From positions 1 to 26,795 of the forward strand of contig JBBIOM010000013.1 in NCBI GenBank assembly GCA_037443365.1: a DNA stretch of 26,795 nt. The letters run 5' to 3'. Below the pieces are notes generated by a model, which searched no databases, was not told the origin of the DNA, and was given only the letters and a program-made list of their open reading frames with translations. The position numbers and the translations under genes are program-made. Of the stretch, positions 16,209 to 26,112 are shown one piece after another. The DNA comes from Armatimonadota bacterium. GTDB taxonomy: Bacteria; Sysuimicrobiota; Sysuimicrobiia; Sysuimicrobiales; Humicultoraceae. How positions within the stretch are numbered: the stretch's first letter is position 1; every line of letters starts with the position of its first letter.

Positions 16209-17591
16209 TCAGAAGTGCGTGGGATCTCTCCGGACGAACTGACCGCGGCCGATGGTTCCCACGAAGACACCGTCCCGGACGGCGACCTGGCCCCGCACCG
16301 TCACCACACAGGGACGTCCCCGGATCGTCCAGCCCTCGAAGGCGTTGTAGTCTATGTTCATCTGATGGGTGGCCGCGGAGATCTTGCCCTCGTAGGCCGG
16401 ATCGTACACAACCAGGTCGGCGTCGCTGCCCGCGGCTATTGTGCCCTTGCGGGGAAGAAGCCCGAAGAGCCTGGCCGGCTGGGTGCTGGCTATGTCCACG
16501 AAGCGGTTCAGGTCCAGCCGCCCCTCCGTGACCCCGTGCGTGTAGAGGAGGTTGACCCGGTCCTCGAGCGCCGGGATGCCGTTTGGGATCTTGGTGAAGT
16601 CATCCCTGCCCATCTGCTTCTGAGTATGGAAGTCGAACGGCGCGTGATCGGTGGCCACCGTGTTGATCAGCCCGTCGCGCAGCGCCCGCCACAGCACGGG
16701 CTGGTTGCGCGCATCGCGCAGCGGCGGCGACATGACGTACTTGGCGCCCTCGAACCCCGGGCGCTCGGCGTAGGTCATGTCGAGTGTCAGGTACTGGATC
16801 AGCGTCTCCACCCAGGCCCGCACGCCCCGGCTCCTGGCCGCCAGCACCTCCCGGAGGGATTCCTCACAGCTCAGGTGCACGATGTACACGTGCGCGTCGT
16901 GCATCTCGGCGAAGGTCATCAGGTGGTGCGTGCCCAGGGCCTCTACCTGCGGCGGCCGGCTCCAGTAGTGCCACTGGGGTCCGGTCTTGCCCTCTGCGAG
17001 CAGCCGCTGCTGCAACAGGATGATCGCATCCGCGTTCTCGCAGTGGGCGCAGGTGAGCACGCCCAGTTCCTTGGCTAGGCGCAGCACCTGATACAGCTCG
17101 CTGTCATCTATGCCCAAGGCGCCCTTGTAGGCCAGGAAGATCTTAAACGATGGCACGCCCGCATCCACGATCTCCCGCAGTTGATGCTCCACCGCGGCGT
17201 CGAACCGCGCGACGCCCATGTGATAGGCGTAGTCGCAGGCCGACCGGCCCTCGGCCTGCGCCCGCCACGTCTCGAGGGCGGCCAATGGCTCCTCGGAGCG
17301 CGAAGGGCAGCACATTTCGATGAAGCACGTCGTGCCGCCGACCAGGGCGGCCCGGCTGGCCGTCTCGTATGTCTCCTTGGCGAACGTTCCCATGAAGGGC
17401 AGGTAGACGTGCACGTGGGGATCGATGAACCCGGGGAAGACGTACTTGCCCCGCGCGTCGATGACCGTGGTGTCGGGCGGCGCGTCCAGATCGCGCCCGA
17501 TGCGCGTGATCTGCTCGCCCTGGCAGTATATGTCGGCCACATAGCGGTCGGTGGCCGTGACGATCTCGCCGTTCTTCACGAGGAGACTCAT
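16209..17591 (-). CDS. hydA: Dihydropyrimidinase / D-hydantoinase
   Basis: 460 aa; PGFIDPHVH, GGTT, SFKIFLAY (carboxylated Lys site), AHCEN, IVHLS, YVMSPPLR, TDHAPF, IPNG, GSDADLVV. Confidence 0.95.
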   Translation of the reverse strand: MSLLVKNGEIVTATDRYVADIYCQGEQITRIGRDLDAPPDTTVIDARGKYVFPGFIDPHVHVYLPFMGTFAKETYETASRAALVGGTTCFIEMCCPSRSEEPLAALETWRAQAEGRSACDYAYHMGVARFDAAVEHQLREIVDAGVPSFKIFLAYKGALGIDDSELYQVLRLAKELGVLTCAHCENADAIILLQQRLLAEGKTGPQWHYWSRPPQVEALGTHHLMTFAEMHDAHVYIVHLSCEESLREVLAARSRGVRAWVETLIQYLTLDMTYAERPGFEGAKYVMSPPLRDARNQPVLWRALRDGLINTVATDHAPFDFHTQKQMGRDDFTKIPNGIPALEDRVNLLYTHGVTEGRLDLNRFVDIASTQPARLFGLLPRKGTIAAGSDADLVVYDPAYEGKISAATHQMNIDYNAFEGWTIRGRPCVVTVRGQVAVRDGVFVGTIGRGQFVRRDPTHF

Positions 17592-17597
17592 GGATTC

Positions 17598-18470
17598 TCA
17601 GGACGCCTCCGGGTCGGCGATATCGGCGTACATCTCGGGCCGGCGATCGCGGTAGAACTGCCAGGTGTTGCGCACCTCGCGGATCAGGTCGAGGTTCAGG
17701 TCGCAAACCAGCAGCTGCTCGCGCGTGTCGCTGGCCACAAGTTCGCCGGTCCGCGCGTCGGGCACGTACTGGCCGCGCGGATCGGCGAAGTACGACGAGC
17801 CGTAGTAGTCGTTCGAGCCCAGCTCGGGTTCCTTTCCCACGCGGTTGATGGTGCCCACGAACACGCCGTTGAAGATCGCGTGCGCCCGCTGCTCGATCTC
17901 CCAGAGGTGCGTGGAGAGCCCGCGCGACGTCGCGCTGGGGATGAAGATGATCTCCGCGCCGCGCAGTCCGAGCACGCGCGGCCCCTCGGGGAAGTGCCTG
18001 TCGTAGCATATGTAGACGCCCACCCTGCCGACGGCCGTGTCAAACACCGGGTAGCCCAGGTTGCCGGGCTTGAAGTAGAACTTCTCCCAGAAGCCCGGCA
18101 GGTGAGGGATGTGGGTCTTGCGGTACTTGCCCAGGTACGCGCCGTCGGCGTCGATCACCGCGGCGGTGTTGTAGTAAATGCCGGCGTGCTCGACCTCGTA
18201 GGTCGGAACGATCAGCACCATGCGGTGCTTGCGGGCCTGGTCTTGCATCAGGCGGGTCGTCGGGCCGTCGGGGATCGGCTCGGTGAGGTCGTAGTGCCTG
18301 GTGTCCTGCTCCTGACAGAAGTAGGGCCCGCTGAACAGCTCCTGGAAGCACATCACCTGCGCGCCGGCCCCTGCCGCCTCGGCGATGTAGGCCACGTGCT
18401 TCTCGATCATGGACTGCCGGTCGCCGGTCCAGGTGGCCTGCAGCAACGCGCCTCGTACCACTCGTCCCAT
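17598..18470 (-). CDS. Nitrilase-superfamily hydrolase, probable beta-ureidopropionase
   Basis: 290 aa; triad motifs FQELF, KYRKTHIP, ICYDRHFPE; FWEKFYF; 6 nt upstream of hydA; SD GGAGGGAG. Confidence 0.88.
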   Translation of the reverse strand: MGRVVRGALLQATWTGDRQSMIEKHVAYIAEAAGAGAQVMCFQELFSGPYFCQEQDTRHYDLTEPIPDGPTTRLMQDQARKHRMVLIVPTYEVEHAGIYYNTAAVIDADGAYLGKYRKTHIPHLPGFWEKFYFKPGNLGYPVFDTAVGRVGVYICYDRHFPEGPRVLGLRGAEIIFIPSATSRGLSTHLWEIEQRAHAIFNGVFVGTINRVGKEPELGSNDYYGSSYFADPRGQYVPDARTGELVASDTREQLLVCDLNLDLIREVRNTWQFYRDRRPEMYADIADPEAS

Positions 18471-18612
18471 ATCTCCCTCCCGTGGCCCGATAATGATTTC
18501 TTGTCCTGCCCCTGGCTCCCTGCTTCTCTAAATGCAGCACCATCTGGCCGTTCCCGTCAGGAATCAGGTATGCTCGCATTGGCGGCGGCGCGCCGCCAGG
18601 AGGCAGGAGGGA

Positions 18613-20757
18613 ATGACACAGGATCAGGTTCACAAGATCATCACCGAGGACCGCCCCGAGCGCCTGACCGACCCAGGCAAGCGTCCGATCCCCGAGGACC
18701 ACGCCGCCCACGTGGTCCAACTCGCCGGCTGGGGACACTGCGCCCTGGCGGCCGACCACCTACTGTTTCCCGAGATCACGGGAGCGCTCCCAGCGGTGGT
18801 CGCCGCGGTGATCCGGCGGCTCGGTTTCCTTCTGGCCGCGCAACGCTACGGCGAGGCCCAGGGCCCAGACGCCATCGAGGCGTACGTCCGGACGCGGCAG
18901 CGTGCCTACGAGACGCTGCTCGAGATCGCGCTCAACTTCACCGGCATGGAGAGCCGCTGGCTCGACGATGGCGAGAAGCGCGAAGCGCTCCGGTGCGTGC
19001 GCAGCGCCCTGGCGGAGTGGGAGGCGGAGGAGTGGGAGACCCAGGATGCCGCCGGGGCCCGCATCTCCGTGGCGGCCGAGGTGGTGCGCCACTTCCTCGG
19101 CCGGATGAAGCTGGTCCAGAAGGGGACCAGCATGGCTGCCAGGACCGCGGTCCGGATCGAGCAGGCCCTCGACTTTGGCCGTCCCGTGCTGCTTGCCTTC
19201 CTGGATCGGGCGCGCGACGAGATCGAGGGCAACGTCTATGCGCGCATGGTGCGAGCGGGCTACTGCCGGTTCGGGAACGACTACGCCCTGGGGCTGCGCT
19301 GGCTGCGCCACCTGGGGTTCGAGCAGGTGTCCACCAATCCGGTGCTGGCAGCCCTTGCCTATCAGGACGACCCCGGGCTTGGGCGGCTCTTCCAGGCCGA
19401 GGTCCGCGCGCACCGCAGGTTCAATGAATGGGCGAAGGCGCCCGAGAGTCTCGGCGACGAGATCGCTCTCTACGCCACGCTGCTGGCCCTGTGGGACAAC
19501 CTGCACGTCTTCCGTCCCATATTCTTCAACCTGGCCGCGGAGTCGGGCGGCGGCGTGGTCTCGTTCCAGCTGAACCCCAACATCGCGCACCTGGCGAAGG
19601 AGAGCGTTCGGGACGTGCTCGCGGCCGCGGGCGAGGCCGCGACCGATCTTGCGGTCTACGACGACTACCTGCTGGCAGGATACCCGGCCACCCGCGAACG
19701 GGCGCGGCCCAACATGGTCATCAAGGTGGCGGCCTCCTCGCCGGCGGCAAGGGAGATCGCCCGGACCATCAACGGGTTGGGCATCGGCTCCAACATCACG
19801 GTGAGCTTCACCGCGGCGCAGCAGGTCACGATGATCCTCGAAGAAATGGCCGGCATGGCCGCGGCGGTCAAGAAGGGGATCATACCCACCCAGCTCTACA
19901 TGACGAACATGGGCGGGCGGTTCGAGAGCCACCTGCGCGAGGTGAAGCTGGAGGAACTGTTCGGCCGGCTCAAGGCGAAGGTCGGCGAGGCCGCGGCGTT
20001 GGAGCGAGTGCGCCAGCTGGCCGCCGCGAACGGGACCAGCGGCCTAGTGGACCGAGCCCTGGGGTACGAGGCGAAGGTGATCGCGGCCACGCGCTACGCG
20101 GCGCAGCGGACGATCGACGCCAACGCCGCAACCGCGCTCGGCGAGGTGGCCTGTGAGGACGATCTCGCGGCATGGGAGGACGCAATCGGGAGGGCCGGCA
20201 CGCTGGTGGCCCGGCGGGTGTGGGGCATCTTCTTCTCCCCAGGGCACCGCGAGAAGTGGCTGGACTACCTCTGCCGGACGCACGCGATATCGCGCGAGCA
20301 GGCAGGGCTCATCCTCAGGCGGATCCACTACCTGCCGGCATCCAAGCGCAAGCCCGAGGATACCTACTGGACGCTCGCCGGCTCAAACCTGGTCCACACC
20401 GAGTTCCCCAACCACCAGGAGAACGTCCGCCGCGCGGCCGAGGCCGAGGGCTTCCGCCTGGAGGACCACCGCGAATCCATCGCCGGGGATCTCCCAGCGC
20501 ACGCGCTCGTCCGCCTCAACGAACTCCCGGACTTCCGTGCGGGCTACGAGCTCACCCCAGGGCTCAACGCCATCATTCTCCAGGCCGGCGTCGAGGGCGA
20601 CTTTGGGAACGGCGGCCACGAGCCCGAGCAGTGGCCGGAGTTCGGCTCGGTCCGCAAGACCCTAGCTGAGTTCAAGGGCGCCTACGACACCTTCAGGGGC
20701 GAGATGCTGAGACTGCTCAGGGAAGCGGTTCAGGGGAGCCCCTCGGTGGGGTCATGA
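18613..20757 (+). CDS. Large divergent transaldolase-family protein
   Basis: 714 aa from ATG 18613 (GGAGG upstream). Transaldolase barrel motifs in order: GND, STNP, VSFQLNP, PNMVIKV (Schiff-base Lys), NITVSF, MGGR, ASKR; about 215-aa N-terminal extension and helical insertions. Confidence 0.78.
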   Translation: MTQDQVHKIITEDRPERLTDPGKRPIPEDHAAHVVQLAGWGHCALAADHLLFPEITGALPAVVAAVIRRLGFLLAAQRYGEAQGPDAIEAYVRTRQRAYETLLEIALNFTGMESRWLDDGEKREALRCVRSALAEWEAEEWETQDAAGARISVAAEVVRHFLGRMKLVQKGTSMAARTAVRIEQALDFGRPVLLAFLDRARDEIEGNVYARMVRAGYCRFGNDYALGLRWLRHLGFEQVSTNPVLAALAYQDDPGLGRLFQAEVRAHRRFNEWAKAPESLGDEIALYATLLALWDNLHVFRPIFFNLAAESGGGVVSFQLNPNIAHLAKESVRDVLAAAGEAATDLAVYDDYLLAGYPATRERARPNMVIKVAASSPAAREIARTINGLGIGSNITVSFTAAQQVTMILEEMAGMAAAVKKGIIPTQLYMTNMGGRFESHLREVKLEELFGRLKAKVGEAAALERVRQLAAANGTSGLVDRALGYEAKVIAATRYAAQRTIDANAATALGEVACEDDLAAWEDAIGRAGTLVARRVWGIFFSPGHREKWLDYLCRTHAISREQAGLILRRIHYLPASKRKPEDTYWTLAGSNLVHTEFPNHQENVRRAAEAEGFRLEDHRESIAGDLPAHALVRLNELPDFRAGYELTPGLNAIILQAGVEGDFGNGGHEPEQWPEFGSVRKTLAEFKGAYDTFRGEMLRLLREAVQGSPSVGS

Positions 20758-22004
20758 TGATCCTTCCAAGGTACAGCATGGGTATCGGCGATCGGTTCGC
20801 CCGGCAGGGCCAGGCGCAACTGCGAGCGTTCGCGCAGGCCAGGGCGCTGGGCGTTGACATTACGCCGGTCTGGAACAAGTCCAACCGCGAGCACATGATC
20901 GTGGGAAGCGGCCCTGACGCCGTGCGCGCCGAGGCCGATGCCGCGGTCAGGGCGCTTCGCTGGACCGGTCCCTACTACGTGGACGCCGACCACATCACCC
21001 TACAGACCGTCGAGGCGTTCATCTGTGCCTGTGACTTCTTCACCATTGACGTGGCCGACTTCGTGGGCCGGCCGGCCCCCGACGAGGAGGTCTGGGATTT
21101 CGCAGACCGGCACCGGCGGGTCGCATCCCGAGGCATCCCTGGCACCGCACTCGCCGACCCCGTCTCCCCCGATGATGTCGCCCGGATAGGGCGGCAGTAC
21201 CTTCTGGCGGCCCGCGGGGCCGGGGCAATCTACCGCCGCATCGAGGCGGCGAAGGGGCACGGCCGGTTCATCACCGAGGTGTCGATCGACGAGACCGACT
21301 CGCCCCAGACGCCGGTGGACCTGTTGCTCATCCTGGCCGCGCTCGCCGACGAGAAGGTCCCGGTGCAGACCATCGCGCCCAAGTTCACCGGCCGATTCAA
21401 CAAGGGGACCGACTACGTCGGCGACGTGGCGCGGTTCGAGCAGGAGTTCAACGACGACCTGGCGGTCGTGGCGTTCGCGGTCCGGGAGTTTGGCCTTCCG
21501 CCGGATCTCAAGATCAGCATCCACTCGGGCAGCGACAAGTTCTCGATCTACGCGCCGATCGCCCGCGCGATCCAGAAGCACGACGCCGGCCTGCACCTCA
21601 AGACCGCTGGTACGACCTGGCTGGCCGAGGTGGAGGGGCTGGCGGCCTCAGGCGGCGAAGCGCTCGGGCTGGCGCAGGAGATCTACGCGCAGGCGTACGC
21701 GCGCACCGACGAACTCACCGCGCCGTACGCGGCCGTGATCGACATCGCCCGGGAGCGCCTGCCGGCGCCTGAGATCGTCCGGCGCTGGTCGAGCGCCCAG
21801 TTCGTGGCGGCCCTGCGCCACGACCCCACATGCCCGGCCTACAACCCGCACCTGCGGCAGTTGCTCCACGTGGCGTTCAAGGTGGCCGCGGGGATGGGGC
21901 CGGAGTACCTCGGGGCCCTGGACGATCACGCGGACGTGATCGGCCCGCTGGTGACCGAGAACCTGCTCGACCGGCACATCCGGCCGGTCTTCATCCCCGG
22001 ATAG
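20754..22004 (+). CDS. uxaE: Tagaturonate/fructuronate epimerase family protein
   Basis: 416 aa; GIGDRF, VDADH, EVSIDET, APKFTGRFNKGTDY, KISIHSGSDKF, HLKTAGTTWL, RQLLHVAFK; ATGA overlap with the upstream gene. Confidence 0.88.
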   Translation: MMILPRYSMGIGDRFARQGQAQLRAFAQARALGVDITPVWNKSNREHMIVGSGPDAVRAEADAAVRALRWTGPYYVDADHITLQTVEAFICACDFFTIDVADFVGRPAPDEEVWDFADRHRRVASRGIPGTALADPVSPDDVARIGRQYLLAARGAGAIYRRIEAAKGHGRFITEVSIDETDSPQTPVDLLLILAALADEKVPVQTIAPKFTGRFNKGTDYVGDVARFEQEFNDDLAVVAFAVREFGLPPDLKISIHSGSDKFSIYAPIARAIQKHDAGLHLKTAGTTWLAEVEGLAASGGEALGLAQEIYAQAYARTDELTAPYAAVIDIARERLPAPEIVRRWSSAQFVAALRHDPTCPAYNPHLRQLLHVAFKVAAGMGPEYLGALDDHADVIGPLVTENLLDRHIRPVFIPG

Positions 22005-23154
22005 CCCGCTCGATCCGGTCGAGGATCTCCTGGAGGATCGCCGGCGTCGTCGCGAAGTTGAGCCGGGCGCAGCAACTGTCCCCGCCGAAGTCGGCGCCGT
22101 CGTTGAGCGCCACGCCGGCCCGGTTGCGCAGGAACTCCGCGGCCGGGCGGTCGAGGCCCAGCGCGCCGAAGTCGAGCCACGCCAGGTACGTGCCCTCGGG
22201 CGTCCGGTGCCGCACGCCGGGAAGCCGGTCCCGCACGCGCGCGGCCACCGTGTCGCGGTTCGTGTGGAGTTGCCGCAGCACGGCGTCGAACCAGGGGCCG
22301 CCCGCGGCCCAGGCGGCGACCGATGCCCGCATCCCCAGCACGCTCACGGTGCCCCGCATGCGCGCCGGCAGCGCATCGAACCGCGCGCGCAGTTCTGGGC
22401 TGCCGAAGATCGCCAGGGCGCACCGCGTTCCTGCAATGTTGAACGACTTGCTCGCCGAGGTGAGCGTGATCGTCCGGCGCGCCACCTCATCGCCCAGCGT
22501 CATGAACGGGATGTGCCGCCCCCCTGGATAGATGATGTCCATCCAGATCTCGTCGGATATCACCACGAGATCGTGCTCGACGGCTATCCCGGCGATCGCA
22601 TCCAGCTCGTCGCGGCGCATCACGCGCCCCGAGGGGTTGTGCGGGTTGCACAGCAACATCAGTTGCGTATCGCGGTCGGCGGCCAGACGACGCAGGCCTT
22701 CCAGGTCGAACACGGCCTCGCCGCAGGGGTCGATCATCCGGTTGTCAACGACCCTGCGGCCAAGGGTCGTGATGCTGGTGAGAAACGGCGGGTAGATCGG
22801 GCCCTGGACGATGACCCCGCCGCCAGGAGCGCTGAAGGCGTGTATCGCCACCATGATCCCCGACACGAGGTCGGTCAGCGCCGCGAAGGCCCCGGGGTCG
22901 TTCTCCCAGCCGTGCCGGGCAGCCAGCCAGCCGGATGCCGCCTCGAATAGCGCCTGGGCGTCCTCTTCACCGCCGTACCCCAGGGCGGAGTTCGCCGCCG
23001 ACCAGGTCAGTACGTCGCGCACCGGCTCTGGCACGGCGAAGTCCATGTCGGCCACCCAGGCGCCGAGCACGCCGTCGCCGTACTTGCTCCACTTGGCTCC
23101 GCGCCGGGCGCGGACCGACGCTTCGGTGACGCCCGCGCAGGGATCGATGGTCAT
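21991..23154 (-). CDS. PatB/MalY family PLP-dependent C-S lyase/aminotransferase
   Basis: WVADMDF, LCNPHNPSGRV, ISDEI, SASKSFNIAG (PLP Lys), EGTYLAWLD, RLNFAT; ATG 23154 with SD GGAGGT. Confidence 0.92.
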   Translation of the reverse strand: MTIDPCAGVTEASVRARRGAKWSKYGDGVLGAWVADMDFAVPEPVRDVLTWSAANSALGYGGEEDAQALFEAASGWLAARHGWENDPGAFAALTDLVSGIMVAIHAFSAPGGGVIVQGPIYPPFLTSITTLGRRVVDNRMIDPCGEAVFDLEGLRRLAADRDTQLMLLCNPHNPSGRVMRRDELDAIAGIAVEHDLVVISDEIWMDIIYPGGRHIPFMTLGDEVARRTITLTSASKSFNIAGTRCALAIFGSPELRARFDALPARMRGTVSVLGMRASVAAWAAGGPWFDAVLRQLHTNRDTVAARVRDRLPGVRHRTPEGTYLAWLDFGALGLDRPAAEFLRNRAGVALNDGADFGGDSCCARLNFATTPAILQEILDRIERAIRG

Positions 23155-23187
23155 GATTACCTCCACTTGTCGGACTCTACCTGTGCA

Positions 23188-24197
23188 TCAGAACGACAGA
23201 CGGACGCTTGCCGTGGCTACGATCTGCGCCGGTTCCGGGCCCAGCATGGTCACCAGGGCAACGCTGTACGCCGCGTTCCCGACTGCCCTGGTGATCTCCA
23301 GGACCGCCTGCCCACGGCGGGCGTCGGCGTCGAAGAAGACGCGCCCTGTCCCTGAGATGGTGATCTCGTCGCTGAGCCGGCGCATCACCTGTCCTGCCAC
23401 CTGCAGGCGGACCGGCGCGACGCCCGGCTGCAGACGCGCCAGCGCACCGGCCAGCGACGCAGCACGTCCGGCCTCGATAGTCCACAGCCCACCCGCGATG
23501 CTGCCGCTCAACCCGGCGGCGTAGCGCGTCTCGGACGGCGCGGACAGCGTCCAGACCTCGCCGTAAGCCACAAGATTGCCCACCAGGCCGCTCGCGCCAG
23601 CGCCAAGCGCCGTGCGTCCTTCGCCGAACGCCAGGGCATGTGCCTCGACCTCAAATGAGGTGAACGCGCGACGCAGGCTCACCAGCGGCTGCACTCTTCC
23701 TTCGTCCTCAAGCATCGCCAGGCGCAGCCGCGTGGCCTGATCCGCATACCAGTTGAGCCGGGCGCCCAGGCGGCCCTGCCGCGTCCCAAGGGTATCCGCG
23801 GCCTCGATCGAGAACGGCACGGTCAGCCGTGCCGTTTCCAGCGGGATGCGCTCGACCCCGGCCCGGAGATCGAACGTGGGCCGTCGCCACTCGAGATAGG
23901 CCTCTGTCAGCCCCCACGTGCCAAGCCCGACCGGGCCTGCCAGGATCCCGGGATCGAGCCGCAGGACCAACGCCGACGTGGCGTACGACAGCCGCACATC
24001 CAGGTGGATCAGCGCGACCCAGAACGTGGTGAGGGATCCTCCTGTCGGCGCCGCGGCGATCACCGCCAGCTCGATCTCGGTGCGCGTCGCAATTCCCGGG
24101 GCGGCGCGGGCCTCCCTCGCCGCCGGTCCGGCGATCGCCAGCCCGGCGATCGCCAGCGCGAGGGCCAGAACGAGGGCGGGGAGCCGACTGGGGCTGC

Positions 24198-24201
<4 letters not shown>
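23188..24201 (-). CDS. Exported protein, putative outer-membrane beta-barrel
   Basis: 337 aa; N-terminal signal peptide (ending near ARAA), alternating hydrophobic beta-strand patterns (LTEAYLEW, FDLRAG, LVAYGEVW), C-terminal SVRLSF; ATGA overlap with the ATPase. Confidence 0.65.
24128..24157. repeat. Perfect tandem 15-bp duplication in a signal-peptide coding region
   Basis: CCGGCGATCGCCAGC at 24128-24142 and 24143-24157, encoding LAIAG-LAIAG on the minus strand. Confidence 0.85.
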
Positions 24202-24875
<674 letters not shown>

Positions 24876-24885
24876 CCCCGTCCTC

Positions 24886-26112
24886 CTAAGCCACGAATCG
24901 CATGGCCTCGACCGGAGCCAGCCGGCCGGCCACCCGCGCCGGCCACAGGGCGGCGAGCACCCCGGTCGCCAGCGCAAATCCCAGGATGATGGCTATCTCG
25001 GCCGGCTCGATGCTCGCGTACATCACGGCGGGCAGGCCGAACTGCTCCATGACCTCGTCCAGGCCCGGATACGAGAACCCGCGGGCCAGGCGCGCGACCG
25101 TGGCGAGGCCGAGCGCCAGACCGATCACCGAGCCCGTCCCGCAGAGAAGCAGGCTCTCTGCGAGCACCATCCGGATGACGCGCCCGCGGCGCGCGCCCAG
25201 CGCTATCACCACTCCGAACTCGCGCGTGCGTTCGACCACTCCCAGGTAGATGGTGTTCACCACGAACAGCCCGGCCAGCACGAAGAAGAGGCCGACGAAG
25301 AACATGACCAGCGGCCGCATCAGCTGCTCGAGCTGGCTCACCGCGGGGAAGGCCTCGCGCCACGTCTCCACCACCACAGAAGCGCCCAGCGCCTCCTGCA
25401 GGCGCGCGGATAGGGGAGCGAGCGCCGCGTCATCGGTGGTGCGGCGGAACTGGGGGAAGTGCAATTCAAAGCGCGAGGCCGCCCCGGGCGCGGCCAGTTC
25501 CTGCGCGGCGGGCAGCGAGAGCACGCCGGCGCGCGCATCCTGCGTTGGCTCCGGGAACCGCAGCAGGCCCACCACGGTGTAGGCCGATGCTCCGGCGCCC
25601 TCGGTCCCCGGAGCGTAGGCGTAGACCACATCGCCGATCCCCACCTGCAAGGTGCGCGCGAGCCCGCCTCCGAGCGCGATGCCATCCGGCTCGTCAGGGC
25701 CGGGCAGGCGGCCCTTGACGAGATGCCGCGCCGTGAAGCGCTCGCGCAGCGTAGGCGACTGGGCCAGCCCGACGAGCAGCATGCCGCGCGAGCGGTCCTC
25801 GCCCGCCAGCAGCGCCGGCACCTCGAGCGCGGCCGCGACCTCGGTCTGTGGAAGCACGGCGGCGATCCGGCGGCCCAGCGCCGCGGCGTTGGGGATCAGG
25901 GCGTCGCGGAAGTCGCGCACGCTGCGGTAGTCGCGGGTGCGGACCTGGATGTGCCCGACCGAGCTGGTGAGGTTCAGGTACAGCCCGTCGCGCGCCGCGG
26001 CCACGACCCCGAAGTACGCCAGGCCCAGCCACACCACGAACGTAACCGCGATCATCGCGGCGAGGCTGCGGGCGCGCTGTCGCCAGGCGTTCCGCCAGGC
26101 CAGGGCGAGCAC
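24886..26112 (-). CDS. ABC permease, LolC/E/F-MacB (FtsX-like) family
   Basis: LAWRNAWRQRARS, TM1, large periplasmic domain, NTIYLGVVERTREFGVVIALGA, ALWPARVAGRLAPVEAMR. Start GTG 26112 (alternative GTG 26121). Confidence 0.9.
   Translation of the reverse strand: MLALAWRNAWRQRARSLAAMIAVTFVVWLGLAYFGVVAAARDGLYLNLTSSVGHIQVRTRDYRSVRDFRDALIPNAAALGRRIAAVLPQTEVAAALEVPALLAGEDRSRGMLLVGLAQSPTLRERFTARHLVKGRLPGPDEPDGIALGGGLARTLQVGIGDVVYAYAPGTEGAGASAYTVVGLLRFPEPTQDARAGVLSLPAAQELAAPGAASRFELHFPQFRRTTDDAALAPLSARLQEALGASVVVETWREAFPAVSQLEQLMRPLVMFFVGLFFVLAGLFVVNTIYLGVVERTREFGVVIALGARRGRVIRMVLAESLLLCGTGSVIGLALGLATVARLARGFSYPGLDEVMEQFGLPAVMYASIEPAEIAIILGFALATGVLAALWPARVAGRLAPVEAMRFVA

Noticed and set aside
16955-16965. 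GCCGGCTCCAG matching the tRNA-Thr 3' end (possible att site)
   Set aside because: Only 11 nt, GC-rich, inside intact hydA; no integrase in the window.
18580-18598. Hairpin TGGCGGCG-GCG-CGCCGCCA before the transaldolase-like SD
   Set aside because: Real inverted repeat but no riboswitch motif and it does not cover the SD; at most a 5' stabilising stem.
17181-19427. 748-aa plus-strand ORF
   Set aside because: Antisense to hydA and the nitrilase gene and out of frame with the transaldolase-like gene; Arg/Pro/Gly-rich with no motifs.
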